64,000 nt of DNA. Source: Polyangiaceae bacterium. Its GTDB lineage: Bacteria; Myxococcota_A; Polyangia; Polyangiales; Polyangiaceae. The stretch spans positions 1,216,001 through 1,280,000 of the forward strand of contig CBDCTZ010000016.1 in assembly GCA_965222375.1 (NCBI GenBank), in the 5' to 3' direction. Under the pieces are notes generated by a model. It saw only the letters and a list, made by a program, of their open reading frames with translations. It was not told where the DNA came from and searched no databases. Each line of letters starts with the position of its first letter. Position 1 is the first letter of the stretch. This document shows positions 28,015 through 38,468 of this stretch, one piece after another. The position numbers and the translations under genes were made by a program.

Positions 28015-29052
28015 ATGCCAGCTATGAGGGTCGGAGCCCTCGTTCTCGCATCGCTCTTGAGCCTGAAGCTCTCCACCTGCCGCTCTCCGGGAGAGGCTGG
28101 CAAAGGGCCGGGACAGGAAGCGGAAGCCGCCGAGCTTGTCGAGCTCAGGGGAGTGGACACGAGCAATCTGCGGGCAAGAGAGAAGCGCGAGTGGTCTTCG
28201 GCAGTCTCGGAGCTCCTCGCGCCATGCGCAGACCAACCCGTGAGCGTCGCTCAGTGCGTCAAGGAGAAGCGCAAGTGCCGCGCCTGTACCCCCGCGGCGC
28301 GCTTCCTGGTCAAGCAAGTTCAGAAGGGGCGGACGCGATCGCAGATCGAGGTCGCCTACAAGAAGCGCTTCAGCCCCTCTGAAGTCAAACAGATCTCCTT
28401 GGATGGCTCACCGCAGAAGGGTGCCGCGTCCGCGCCGGTCACGCTCGTGGAATGGGCCGATTTCGAGTGCCCCTTCTGCGCGAAGACGGCGCCGGTGCTC
28501 GACAAGCTAGTCGCGCGCTACTCGACTCAGGTTCGCTTGGTGTTCAAGAACTACCCCCTTGGGATCCACAAGTACGCTGAGAAGGCGGCGCGGGCCGGTG
28601 CGGCGGCCAACCGCCAAGGGAAGTTCTGGGCGATGCACCGTGCCCTTTTCGAGCGGACCGACAAGAAAGTGAAACTCGAGCAGTCCGTGCTCGAAGAGGT
28701 GGCCACGGAGATCGGGCTGGATCTCAAGAAGTTCAAGGAGGAGCTAGCCTCCGAACCCGTCGCGGACCTGGTCGGCAAAGACCGCAAACAGGCAGACGCT
28801 CTCGGAATAGAGGGAACGCCGCTGCTGTACATCAACGGCCGCCATTTCGACCTGGATCACTTCGATATCGGCGAGGACCTGGAGACCTGGGTCAAGCTGG
28901 AGATCGAGCTCAAAACCGGCAAACCCGCTGTCATCACGCCCAAGAAGGCCCCGCCTGCTGCGAGCAGTGCGGCCCCCAAGGCGAGCGCACCGCCGGGCGC
29001 TCTACCACCAGCGCCCAAGAAGGCGCCCAAAGAGTTGGAGAAGCCCGAGTGA
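28015..29052 (+). CDS. DsbA/thioredoxin-fold protein
   Basis: EWADFECPFC, FKNYPL, GIEGTP. Confidence 0.9.
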   Translation: MPAMRVGALVLASLLSLKLSTCRSPGEAGKGPGQEAEAAELVELRGVDTSNLRAREKREWSSAVSELLAPCADQPVSVAQCVKEKRKCRACTPAARFLVKQVQKGRTRSQIEVAYKKRFSPSEVKQISLDGSPQKGAASAPVTLVEWADFECPFCAKTAPVLDKLVARYSTQVRLVFKNYPLGIHKYAEKAARAGAAANRQGKFWAMHRALFERTDKKVKLEQSVLEEVATEIGLDLKKFKEELASEPVADLVGKDRKQADALGIEGTPLLYINGRHFDLDHFDIGEDLETWVKLEIELKTGKPAVITPKKAPPAASSAAPKASAPPGALPPAPKKAPKELEKPE

Positions 29053-29795
29053 AGCCCAACGCCGAAACCGGTTGTTTCCCTTCCGGTCGGCACTATCCGG
29101 GGATTGCTCATTTGCTCCGCGTGAGCGCAGCGGGGCTTGCGGAGGAGTTCGCCGCCGACGCCGCTGTCGAGAGCCTGCCCGTCGTGTGCGTGGATACGGA
29201 GACGACGGGTAGGGACTTCGGTACAGACCGGATTGTCGAGATCGCTTGCGTTCGCTGGGAGGGTGGTGCGCTCGTCCGGCGGGACAACTGGTTGGTGAAC
29301 CCGGGCATGCCCATTCCCAAAGAGGCCTTTGACGTCCACGGCATCAGCGACGAAGCGGTCAAGGACGAGCCCGCCTTCGCGGCCATCGCCAAAGACCTTC
29401 TCGAAGCGCTCTCGGGGGCGGTGCCTATGGCCTACAACGCGGGATTTGATCGCGCGTTCTTGGTGGCCGAACTTTCACGCGCAGAGGCCCTGGTTCCTCC
29501 GCTGCCGCCGGCATGTCGCAAAGGCGTAGATTGGTTCGATCCCTTGGTCTGGGTACGCGAGCTTCAGAAGTACGAGAAGGGCAAGAGCCTCGGTGATGCC
29601 TGTGGGCGAATTGGCATCGAAATAGGCCAAGCTCACCGTGCAACGGATGATGCGGAAGCAGCACTGAAGGTCTTTCAAGTCTTGAGTAGGGATAGCCGGG
29701 TCCCGAGAACCTATGCTGCCCTGATCCAGGAGCAGCGACGCTTGGGGCGGGCGCACGACGAAGAGCGTGCGCGCTGGCGCTCGGCACGCGCTTGA
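29049..29795 (+). CDS. DEDDh 3'-5' exonuclease (DnaQ-like)
   Basis: DTETTG, HGI, AYNAGFD, HRATDDA. Confidence 0.9.
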   Translation: MKPNAETGCFPSGRHYPGIAHLLRVSAAGLAEEFAADAAVESLPVVCVDTETTGRDFGTDRIVEIACVRWEGGALVRRDNWLVNPGMPIPKEAFDVHGISDEAVKDEPAFAAIAKDLLEALSGAVPMAYNAGFDRAFLVAELSRAEALVPPLPPACRKGVDWFDPLVWVRELQKYEKGKSLGDACGRIGIEIGQAHRATDDAEAALKVFQVLSRDSRVPRTYAALIQEQRRLGRAHDEERARWRSARA

Positions 29796-29902
29796 GCTTC
29801 GCGTCGCCCTGGACGCCCGCCCTCGATACGTGCTTGAGCTTTCTGCTCGGCTCGTCATGCGTTCGAGCTCGGCTAGACGCGCCTCCTGGGGGAGCCGAGG
29901 GC

Positions 29903-31270
29903 CTAGGGCGATGGATCCTCTATGACGGTGGGCGCGCTCGCGCTTGGCCGCGGACGCGCAGCTGCGACCTGCATCTTCACGTCGAGCAGCACGGACTCAC
30001 CGGCAACGACGTGCAACGTGCGCCGCTCCGCAGGTGCATTTGGGTGTTCCAAGCGCACGTAGTGGGTGCCGGCGGACAGGGGGATCGCCTTGGCAAAGGG
30101 CGTGGTTTCAACCCGCTGCCCATCCACCACCACGTGGGCCCACGGGTCCGCAACTACCCGTAAATACGCCGGGTTTTCTGGAGCGAGCTCCAGCTGTGCT
30201 GCCGCGGCGCGGGTTGCGCCGGGCGCCCGAGACTCGAGGACCCACAGCACTGCCGCGCCAAGCGCCCCGAGCAGCCCCAATGCGAGCAACGCGCGCAGCG
30301 TTGGCCACGCGCTGACCGCCGTTGGATGCAGCAGCGGGCGCTTGTCCAAGTGGATGCTCTCAGGCGCGGGTGCGTCAGTGACTCCGAAGGTCGAGAGTGC
30401 TCTGACGATGCCGCGTGACGGGCTCGCGGCGGCTTCGCCAAGTACGTTCTCCAACGCAAGCGCTAACTCGTTGGCGGAAGTGAATCGATCACTGGGCATC
30501 TTCTCCAGGCAGCGGGAAACGATGCGCTCAAGAGGAAGTGGTGCATCTGGGGCGAGACGAGTCAACGGAGTGGGAGCTGCCTGGCGGATGTTGCGCGTGG
30601 TGGCAGCGGGATCTGAGCCGTCGAAGGGTCGCTTTCCGGTGAGCATCTCGTAGAGCACGATGCCCAGAGAGAAGATGTCGCTGCGTGGGTCTGGCGCTTC
30701 ACCGAGGATCTGCTCCGGGGACAAGTAATTCGGCCCTGCCACCTTCGCCTGCCCGTCCAATAGTTCCGGCGCGGTCGGCAGTCGCTCGTCGGTGGCGACA
30801 GAGAAATTGAGCAGCTTGACCTCGCCAGCGGTTCCGACCAATATGTTCTTCGGGCGGACGTCCCGGTGCACGATGCTGTGGTTGTGGGCGTGCTCCAGGG
30901 CGCGAGCGAGCTCCAGGGCAACGCAAGTGGCGGCAGCCGCGGGCAACGGTCCGTGGGTTTCCAGCAATTCGTCCAGTTGGAAGCCCTCGACATGCTCGAG
31001 AACGAGCCACATTCGGTCTTCACGTCGGACGAAGTCGTGCACCTGCGGGATGCCCGGGTGGCGAAGCTCCGCAAGCAGCCGCGCCTCCCGCTCGAGGGAG
31101 GCAGCAAAGGGGGACGACGGCAGAATGCTGGAGCTGAGGGCCTTGATCAGGACCGGCCTGCCCAAGGGTTGTTGGATCGCGCGGTACAGGTCGGCGACGG
31201 GCCCGGAGCGCAGCTTTTCGACCACGCGACAGTGGTCGAATTCCGGATGGCGCTGTCCGTTCGTCACCAC
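29903..31270 (-). CDS. Ser/Thr kinase-like protein (probable pseudokinase) with TM and PEGA domain
   Basis: HRDVRPKN and YLSPEQ are present, but the Gly loop reads LRSGPVA and DFG reads NFS. C-terminal PWAHVVVDG...TP PEGA motif. Confidence 0.8.
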   Translation of the reverse strand: MVTNGQRHPEFDHCRVVEKLRSGPVADLYRAIQQPLGRPVLIKALSSSILPSSPFAASLEREARLLAELRHPGIPQVHDFVRREDRMWLVLEHVEGFQLDELLETHGPLPAAAATCVALELARALEHAHNHSIVHRDVRPKNILVGTAGEVKLLNFSVATDERLPTAPELLDGQAKVAGPNYLSPEQILGEAPDPRSDIFSLGIVLYEMLTGKRPFDGSDPAATTRNIRQAAPTPLTRLAPDAPLPLERIVSRCLEKMPSDRFTSANELALALENVLGEAAASPSRGIVRALSTFGVTDAPAPESIHLDKRPLLHPTAVSAWPTLRALLALGLLGALGAAVLWVLESRAPGATRAAAAQLELAPENPAYLRVVADPWAHVVVDGQRVETTPFAKAIPLSAGTHYVRLEHPNAPAERRTLHVVAGESVLLDVKMQVAAARPRPSASAPTVIEDPSP

Positions 31271-31299
31271 CCCTTCTTACACCGCGATGGGCCTGGCGT

Positions 31300-32016
31300 T
31301 CACTTTTCCGAATGCAGTCCGCACTCTTTGTCAGAGGCGCGCTCCCACCACCAACGGCCTTCCCGTTCATGTTGTCCGGGAAGCACCGCTCGCGTGCAGG
31401 GTTCGCATCCGATGCTGACGTAGCCTTTCGCGTGAAGTTGGTTGTGGGGCACCTCGAATCCGCGAATGCTGGCCCAAACGTACTCCAGGTCCACGTTGGC
31501 TAAGGGGTTCCACTTGATCAGCGGCTTGTCGTCCTTGCCGGCGTGGTTGGGGTCGATTTGCACCACGGGCAGCGCCGCGCGAGTGGTGCTCTGGTCCCTC
31601 CGCTGCCCGGTAACCCAGGCCCGAAGCCCAGCAAGCTGGCGCTTCAAGGGTGCGACTTTGCGGATCGCGCAGCACTCGCTGTGGCCGTCATCATAGAAGG
31701 AAAAAAGCCCCTTGGACCGCACGAGTTCTTCCACCCGAGTCCGGTCGGGAAAACAGTATTCGATGCGAATGCCGTAGTGGCGCTCCACCTCGGCCATGAA
31801 GCGCATCGTTTCCGGGTGCAGGCGTCCCGTATCCAAGGAAAACACCCGATAGGGCAGCTCGGATTGCTGCGCCAGCTCGATCAGCAGTACGTCCTCGGCG
31901 CCGCTGAAGCTGATCGCCAGATCTTGCCCGAAATCCTCCAGCGCTCGCTTCACGATGGCGCCCGGCGCGCTGCCCGAGAGTTGGCTCGCAAGCTCTTCGT
32001 AGTCCATCACTGCCAT
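31300..32016 (-). CDS. cysH: APS/PAPS reductase (Fe-S type)
   Basis: [45 protein letters not shown]. Confidence 0.95.
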   Translation of the reverse strand: MAVMDYEELASQLSGSAPGAIVKRALEDFGQDLAISFSGAEDVLLIELAQQSELPYRVFSLDTGRLHPETMRFMAEVERHYGIRIEYCFPDRTRVEELVRSKGLFSFYDDGHSECCAIRKVAPLKRQLAGLRAWVTGQRRDQSTTRAALPVVQIDPNHAGKDDKPLIKWNPLANVDLEYVWASIRGFEVPHNQLHAKGYVSIGCEPCTRAVLPGQHEREGRWWWERASDKECGLHSEK

Positions 32017-32082
32017 CTTGCTCCGCGGCCCGCCCTCCGCAAGGGCGCAGGCCTCGAATCCATATTGTCCCCCGAAGACGGG

Positions 32083-33003
32083 CTAGTCAGCGCCGGCTGC
32101 GAAGTTCTGGGCCACTTCCGGCGCGGTCAGGGCACGGGAGTACACAGCGACGAGGTGGAGCTCGCCCAGCCAGACGCGGTTCTTGGTGATCTCGTTGGCG
32201 ACAGCAAATCGATTCGTGGCTTCCCAGGGACCGAAGGTGCCATCGATGCTGCCGGACCCCTTGATCACGCCATCCAAGTAGATCGTGGCCGTGCCATCGA
32301 TGGCTCGGGTGTACATCACGTGCGTCAGCGCGGTCGTGAGCGTGCCGGGCAGAGTGAGCACAGGCGGTTCGCCGTTGGCGTCCGTGTTCGTCGTGCGCAG
32401 ACGCATGAAGTACTGGTCATTGTCTTGGGCCAAGGTGAAGTTGCGCGAGCTGGTATCCGGCGACATCGTGACGATCCGCGCCGGTCCGATCTGGCCGGTG
32501 GTCGACGGGACTACCCAGGCCTCCACCGTGATTTCTTTGCTCGCGACGCAGGCGGTATGAATCTTGGTCGCGGGCCCGGCGCTCGCGATGAGGGTACTGC
32601 CCTTGGTTTGGAGATAGCCCGGGAACCATTCCACCAGCAAGGTGCTTTCGATGGTCAGATCCAAGGCTGTGCCGACCCCAGAAACGTCCTTGACCTTGTT
32701 CCCGGTGCCTTCCTCGAAGGTGTAGAGGACCTGGATGTCTTTGGTCACTCGTGGCGGCGGTGGCAGCGCATCCTCGCTGGCTGCGTCCATGGCATCGTTT
32801 GCCACGTCCACGGACGTGTCTATCGCCGTGTCCGCCGCGGTATCGACGCTCACGTCTTCGGTGACGTCTGGGCTTGCGTCTGCGGCTACGGAGGCATCCG
32901 CAGGAAAGGGCTCGTGGTCTTCGAGACCCAACACCGTGCTGCACGCCGCTGCCGCCACGACTACGAGGGCGAGGCTTGCGCCACCGCGTCGAAAGCCGGC
33001 CAT
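32083..33003 (-). CDS. LamG/concanavalin-like domain lipoprotein
   Basis: Lipobox AAAC, Asp/Ala linker, YTFEEGTG, ITVEAWV, IYLDG, VYSRALT. Confidence 0.85.
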   Translation of the reverse strand: MAGFRRGGASLALVVVAAAACSTVLGLEDHEPFPADASVAADASPDVTEDVSVDTAADTAIDTSVDVANDAMDAASEDALPPPPRVTKDIQVLYTFEEGTGNKVKDVSGVGTALDLTIESTLLVEWFPGYLQTKGSTLIASAGPATKIHTACVASKEITVEAWVVPSTTGQIGPARIVTMSPDTSSRNFTLAQDNDQYFMRLRTTNTDANGEPPVLTLPGTLTTALTHVMYTRAIDGTATIYLDGVIKGSGSIDGTFGPWEATNRFAVANEITKNRVWLGELHLVAVYSRALTAPEVAQNFAAGAD

Positions 33004-33974
33004 CAGAAGTGGCCCCCGGCTGCGAGGCCACCACCGCGGCTCGTCGCGTAGGGCGCAACCCATGCTGCTCGCTCCTTTTTGGGCTTGGCGGTCAGGATGA
33101 GCACGGTTCCTGCGGCGATGCCTGCGAGCCCGACACCGAAACCGATGGTCGAAAACAGTGCGGCTTGCTTGGCGTCGTCGTGGCCATCCAGCCCTGCTTG
33201 GTTGCAGAACTTGCCGTTGCAGTTTTCGTCCGCATCCTTGGTCTTGCTCTGGGCTTGAAGCCCGAAAAAGCCGCCCGCCGCAAGGGCGACCAGCCCGACG
33301 CCGCCGACGATGAAACCTGCGGTGCGCTGGTCGAAGCCGTCACTGCTCGTATCCAAAGACACACTGGAGCTGTCCTCGGTGGGCTCCTCGATTGTCTCTT
33401 CCTCGACTGGGACCAAGTCCGGCACGCTCAAGGTGTCCGAGCCCGCGCCCTTTTCGACGGTGATGCTGGTTGTCCAGGGTTCATAGCCGGGTGCCGTGAC
33501 CGTGATCTTGTGAGGGCCCGGGTCGACGGGCAACGCGCTCTCTAGGGCGGAGGTTCCAAGATTGTTCCCATCGAGTTCCACCCGAATCCCATCGATGCCT
33601 TTGGGCACCTCTATGGTCAGTTTCGGGAGCTCTTTCTCGAGCTTCGCCAGCCGCTTCTTGGCGATCTTCAACCGCTTCACATCGCCCTCTTCCGCCGCCA
33701 TGGCGGCGGCCTCGTTGAACGCTGCCCAAGCACTTGCGGTGCGACCCAGCTCTTCGTAGCAAGCAGCGGAATGCAACTTGGTGCCCAGGGTTGGATCGAG
33801 TTGGAAGCTATCCTCGAATTTCTTGCAGGCGGGTTCGAGTTTGCCGGCCGCGGCCAACTTCTTCGCTTCTTGAAAGAGCGATTCCGCCATGGCGCGGTTT
33901 TGCCCCGATGGTGCTGCAAGGGCGGCCGAATTCAGAGCCAGCAGCCAGGCGACGCAAAGGATTCTGATACGCAT
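33003..33974 (-). CDS. TPR/PEGA domain protein
   Basis: AESLFQEAK...ACKKFEDS...GRTASAW, VDPGPHKITVTAPG. Confidence 0.85.
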   Translation of the reverse strand: MRIRILCVAWLLALNSAALAAPSGQNRAMAESLFQEAKKLAAAGKLEPACKKFEDSFQLDPTLGTKLHSAACYEELGRTASAWAAFNEAAAMAAEEGDVKRLKIAKKRLAKLEKELPKLTIEVPKGIDGIRVELDGNNLGTSALESALPVDPGPHKITVTAPGYEPWTTSITVEKGAGSDTLSVPDLVPVEEETIEEPTEDSSSVSLDTSSDGFDQRTAGFIVGGVGLVALAAGGFFGLQAQSKTKDADENCNGKFCNQAGLDGHDDAKQAALFSTIGFGVGLAGIAAGTVLILTAKPKKERAAWVAPYATSRGGGLAAGGHF

Positions 33975-33975
33975 T

Positions 33976-35448
33976 TCAAAGCCGACCCCCCAAGCCGTCG
34001 AAAGGTGACCCCTTCTTTTGCCCCGACTTGGTGGACTCTGTCGAGGTTTTGGGCCTTACAGGTCGTCGAGTGCCACTGGTCTTCCGGGGCGTCTTGGAGG
34101 CAGCAGTCGCCGGGGCAGCACTCGCCTCCGGGGCTGGCGCCTCGGTGGTCGCTTCCAGAGCGGGAGGAGCTTCTGGTTCCGGTGGTGTGGGCGCCTCGGC
34201 CGCGGAGCTCGGGGGCGTCTGAAGCGCAGCTTTGGGCGGGCCCGGATGCCCAGGAATCGATTCGACGCTTACGTCGGGCTCGCGGAGGCCACGGACCACC
34301 AGCAGCACGATTCCAAACATGAGGAACCCACCCAGCACGCCGGCAACGGCGACGAGGCGTTTGCGACTGCGGAGCGGCTGTTTGGGCTGCACACTAATCA
34401 CGCCTGAACGGCTACCAGAGCTTCGGTCCGTGGCTGCCAGCTCCGCCTGCAGTTCGGAGATATTGCTGACGTCGCTGCCCTTTTCGATGATGGCGATGCG
34501 ATTGGCGCGCTCCTGCAAGACGCTGCCCGCCATGGAGCTGAGCCACTGGGCAACCTTCGCGGCAGAAGCCACGCCGTCCACCGCCTCGAGTGCCAATGCC
34601 ATTTCCCGTGCGCTCTCGTAGCGTTCACTCGGTACTCGGGACAGGCCCTTCGCCACGACTTCGTCGTAGCCACTGGGTAGGTCCGGCACGGTTTCGCTGG
34701 GTTTGGCGACATTGCCGGCCAGGATGCGTGCGAGAACAGTGGTCTGATTGTCCGCGTGGAACAGGCGGCGACCAGTCAACGCCTCCCACAACACGACGGA
34801 CGCACTGTAGATATCGGCCTCGCAGGTCACTTGTCCTGATTGGATCTGCTCCGGAGCCATGTAGGCGAGCTTGCCTTTGACCTTGCCTTCTCGAGTGGTG
34901 TGCACTCGCCCGGCGGCCTTGGCGACGCCGAAATCGAGCACTCTGGCCAGACCTTCAGCACCGACGAGCACGTTGTGGGGAGAAACGTCCCGATGCACGA
35001 GACCCATCCGCACGCCCTGCTCATCCTTGGCTTCGTGCGCGGCGTGCAGCCCCATCAACACCCCCGACATGATTGCCGCTACGATCTTGTGAGGGATGCG
35101 CTTGCTGTGATTGGCCAGGTCGCGCAACAGGCGTGCCAATGACTCGCCCTGCACGTACTCCATGACCACGAACAGCTCGCCATCCTCGGCGACGACGTCC
35201 AAGGTTTGCACTACATTGGGGTGTCGGATTCTGGCCGCGAGCCGAGCCTCATCCAAGAACATGGAGACGAACTCCGGATCCCGCGCGAGCTCCGGGTGCA
35301 GACGCTTGACGGCGACGGTGCGAGCAAAGCCGACCGGGCCTCGGAGCCGCCCGTAGTGCACCGTCGCCATGCCGCCGGCCGCGATCAAATCGTAGAGCGC
35401 GTAACGCCCGACGACGCTCATCGGCTCGATTGAGGCTTCAGCGGCCAT
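33976..35448 (-). CDS. Ser/Thr protein kinase
   Basis: AGGMATV, VAVK, HRDVSPHN, DFG, GKLAYMAPE, then a TM helix. Confidence 0.92.
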   Translation of the reverse strand: MAAEASIEPMSVVGRYALYDLIAAGGMATVHYGRLRGPVGFARTVAVKRLHPELARDPEFVSMFLDEARLAARIRHPNVVQTLDVVAEDGELFVVMEYVQGESLARLLRDLANHSKRIPHKIVAAIMSGVLMGLHAAHEAKDEQGVRMGLVHRDVSPHNVLVGAEGLARVLDFGVAKAAGRVHTTREGKVKGKLAYMAPEQIQSGQVTCEADIYSASVVLWEALTGRRLFHADNQTTVLARILAGNVAKPSETVPDLPSGYDEVVAKGLSRVPSERYESAREMALALEAVDGVASAAKVAQWLSSMAGSVLQERANRIAIIEKGSDVSNISELQAELAATDRSSGSRSGVISVQPKQPLRSRKRLVAVAGVLGGFLMFGIVLLVVRGLREPDVSVESIPGHPGPPKAALQTPPSSAAEAPTPPEPEAPPALEATTEAPAPEASAAPATAASKTPRKTSGTRRPVRPKTSTESTKSGQKKGSPFDGLGGRL

Positions 35449-35632
35449 ACTGCACCAATCTTACACTGCCCGCACTTTCGGCGCACAACGCCACCGGGAA
35501 ATGCTGAACATCGCTATCGTAGTTGCGCCTCGAGAAAATCCCGCATTTCCGACAATATCCAGCCTCGGCGCTGGTTGTGGCGGGCACTCCGCTGAAAGTG
35601 GTAATCAGCCATTTGTGAGCGAAAACGTGAGC

Positions 35633-36424
35633 ATGTTCCGGCCAGGGCTCTTCGCAGGTCAGGTCGCCATCGTGACCGGCGGTGGAACCGGGATCGGCCT
35701 GGCGGTTGCGCGTGAGCTTCTCTCTCTCGGTGCCAAGATCGCCATCGGTAGCCGCAAACGGGAAAACGTTGACGCAGGCCTAGCCGCGCTGGGCGCACCC
35801 CAGCAGACCTTCGGTGAGCTGCTGGATGTGCGCGAACCCGAGTCTTGCGAAGCCTATGTGAAAGCGGTTCGCGAGAAGTTCGGGAGCGTTGACGTTCTCG
35901 TCAACAACGCTGGCGGCCAGTTCCCGAGCCCTGCCCAGGGCTTGTCTCCCCGCGGTTTCGAAGCCGTCGTGCGGAACAATCTGGTCGGCGTCTTCAACAT
36001 GACCCATGCGACGGCCAACCACGCCATGATTCCGCAGCAGGGTGGTCGCATCGTGAACGTGATTGCGGACATCGCGCGAGGGTTTCCGGGCATGGTGCAC
36101 ACCGGTGCTGCTCGCGCAGGCGTCGACAACATGACCAAGACCCTGGCCGTCGAGTGGGCTTCTCTGGGGATTCGCGTCAACGCGTGTGCTCCAGGCACGA
36201 TCCGTTCGACGGGAACGGTCCAGTACGGTGACGATGCGCTGGAACTGGCGCGCAAGGCCACGCCCATGAAGCGATTGGGGAGCGTTGAGGAAGTGAGTCG
36301 TATCGTGGTGTTTCTGGCCAGCAGAGAGAACGACTACGTGACCGGTTCGACCTACTACGTCGACGGTGGAAGTTCGCTGTGGGGCGACATTTGGCCCATC
36401 GAGGACCCCAACACTTCAACGTGA
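35633..36424 (+). CDS. SDR oxidoreductase (trans-2-enoyl-CoA/dienoyl-CoA reductase-like)
   Basis: TGGGTGIG, NNAGGQF, HTGAARAGV. Confidence 0.9.
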   Translation: MFRPGLFAGQVAIVTGGGTGIGLAVARELLSLGAKIAIGSRKRENVDAGLAALGAPQQTFGELLDVREPESCEAYVKAVREKFGSVDVLVNNAGGQFPSPAQGLSPRGFEAVVRNNLVGVFNMTHATANHAMIPQQGGRIVNVIADIARGFPGMVHTGAARAGVDNMTKTLAVEWASLGIRVNACAPGTIRSTGTVQYGDDALELARKATPMKRLGSVEEVSRIVVFLASRENDYVTGSTYYVDGGSSLWGDIWPIEDPNTST

Positions 36425-38352
36425 GCGCCGCGCCCCAGCCCAGCCCGGCACGTGCGCCCGAGCCCCGCGACGGTTGGTGGCGACGGCTGAGTGCGTTGCC
36501 CGGGATCTGGCTCGAACGCGGGCATGCGCTGGTCACCACCCAGGACCCAAAGTTCTGGATCGTGTTCACACCTGCGCTCTTGCTCGTGTCGGTTCTCTTC
36601 GTGCGCAGTCCGGCCAGCAACTACATATTCGACGAACAAGAAGCGCTGCTGGCCAATCCCTACGTGCACGCCCAAGACGGGCTCAAGTGGTGGGACGCGT
36701 TCCGGCGTGACTTTTGGGGGTTGCCCCCGACTCGGAGCATCGGCTCCTACCGGCCGCTTCCGAACCTAATCTGGCGTTCGCTGTGGCAGATCAGCGAGCT
36801 GCCTTGGGTGCATCACTGGGTGAACGTGATGCTGCACGCTGCAAACGCGGCGCTGCTGGCCTCGGTTGTCTTCGCCGTCACAAAAAATCGCCGTGCAGGC
36901 TGGCTCGCGGGCGGCTGCTTTGCCTGCGCCGCGGTCCTCACCGAAACGGTAACGGGCGTGGTTGGAATCGCGGACGTATTAGGGGGTTTTGGGCTCCTGC
37001 TGGCGCTCGCCGCCCTGCGACTACCGTCCTGGCGCATGCCGCTCGCCGTGTTCTGCGCGCTCAGTATCGGGCTATTCAGTAAAGAGAGCGTGATTGTCGG
37101 CGTGCCTTTGATAGCGGCTGCGGCGTTGCTCTTGGCACCAGCGCTCCACTCCGAGCGCCCGCGCAGGTTCTTGCGCATGCTTCTGGCAGCGGCTGCAGCC
37201 GTGGGTGCGCTCGTGGGCTACACTTATTTTCGGCGACACTTCTTCCCGGTTGATCTTCCCGCCGAGCTTTCGGAACCCCTGGCCAAGAGCGAGCCGACGC
37301 TCAAACGCGCCTTGCACGAATTCCTACGCTGGTTCGCCCAGCCGAAGTTGCCCGCGGATCCCATGAACAACCCGCTGGTGGACGCAGACACGCCCCATCG
37401 CATTGCCGGCGCGCTGCGGGTCTACTTCCGAGGTCTGGTACAGGTGGTGTTTCCCTGGCGTTTGTCCGGCGACTACTCCTTTCCGCAAGAGCCTCTGCCC
37501 AAGAACGTGTTCTTTCCCCAGAGCGTGCTCGGCGGGTTGCTGTTGGCATTGCCACCATTGATTGGTCTGGGAGTGTGGCTGCGCTCCTTGAGGCTCGAAC
37601 GCATGCTGAGTTTGCGCAAGCGTGCCGCGAGCCTGGCCGCGGTCGCTCTGGCGCTGGTTTGGGTGCCTGTGGCCTACTTCCCTCACTCGAACATTCTCGT
37701 CACGTTGCCGACGGTGCGGGCCGAACGCTTCTGGTACCTACCGGTTCTAGGCGCAGCCATCGGGCTTGGCATCTTGTTCGACAGATTGCTAGCTCGACCA
37801 GGTCTGCAGCGAAAAGCGCTGTTCTTTGCCGCCGCCTTCTTCGCTTTTCAGGGCTGTCGCGCTCGCACCCACGCCCTGGATTACAACGACGACCTATCCT
37901 TCTGGCGCGGCACCCGACGTGCGGTCCCGATGAGCGCCAAGGCGCACCTGAACTACTCGGTCATGGTTGGCGCCCACGAGGGGAATCTGCACAAGCGCCT
38001 GGCCATCAACGGCCGCGCCCTGCAGCTCGCACCCAAGTGGCCGATGGCGCACATCTACTACGGCGACACGCTGTGTCGCCTGAAACGCCCTGCGGAAGCC
38101 TGGCCGCACTACGAGCGCGGATTTGGCCTAGCGCCCAACGATCCCAATCTGATTGCCCTCGCATTGCAGTGCCTGTGGGATCACGGTGGCCTCGATCCGC
38201 ACAAGGAGGATCTACTAGAACTCGTGGACGACCACCGCGGCACCTGGCTCGCCTACCTGGGCACTGAGATTGTCTATCGAGGTGAGCAACACGGCGGCAT
38301 CGAGAAGAAGTATCGCCCCCGCGGTTACGACGAAGGCCCCAAGAAGCGCTGA
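36421..38352 (+). CDS. TMTC-like transmembrane/TPR glycosyltransferase
   Basis: FDE, DFWG, SYRPL, SKE, LSGDYS, AERFWYLP, C-terminal TPR-like helices. Confidence 0.8.
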   Translation: MSAAPQPSPARAPEPRDGWWRRLSALPGIWLERGHALVTTQDPKFWIVFTPALLLVSVLFVRSPASNYIFDEQEALLANPYVHAQDGLKWWDAFRRDFWGLPPTRSIGSYRPLPNLIWRSLWQISELPWVHHWVNVMLHAANAALLASVVFAVTKNRRAGWLAGGCFACAAVLTETVTGVVGIADVLGGFGLLLALAALRLPSWRMPLAVFCALSIGLFSKESVIVGVPLIAAAALLLAPALHSERPRRFLRMLLAAAAAVGALVGYTYFRRHFFPVDLPAELSEPLAKSEPTLKRALHEFLRWFAQPKLPADPMNNPLVDADTPHRIAGALRVYFRGLVQVVFPWRLSGDYSFPQEPLPKNVFFPQSVLGGLLLALPPLIGLGVWLRSLRLERMLSLRKRAASLAAVALALVWVPVAYFPHSNILVTLPTVRAERFWYLPVLGAAIGLGILFDRLLARPGLQRKALFFAAAFFAFQGCRARTHALDYNDDLSFWRGTRRAVPMSAKAHLNYSVMVGAHEGNLHKRLAINGRALQLAPKWPMAHIYYGDTLCRLKRPAEAWPHYERGFGLAPNDPNLIALALQCLWDHGGLDPHKEDLLELVDDHRGTWLAYLGTEIVYRGEQHGGIEKKYRPRGYDEGPKKR

Positions 38353-38468
38353 CCGACGCAGTGCGCCCGATCTGGCTACGGCCACTTCTTGTTCAAGAAG
38401 GTCCAGCAGGTGGGAGGTTTCTCACCCACGTGGTCGTGCAGTAGCTCTTGATGAGGTAGCATTGCGTA

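Noticed and set aside
31543..33051. 502-aa plus-strand ORF and similar long overlapping ORFs
   Set aside because: Antisense shadows of clear genes (cysH, LamG) in GC-rich DNA, with no motifs.
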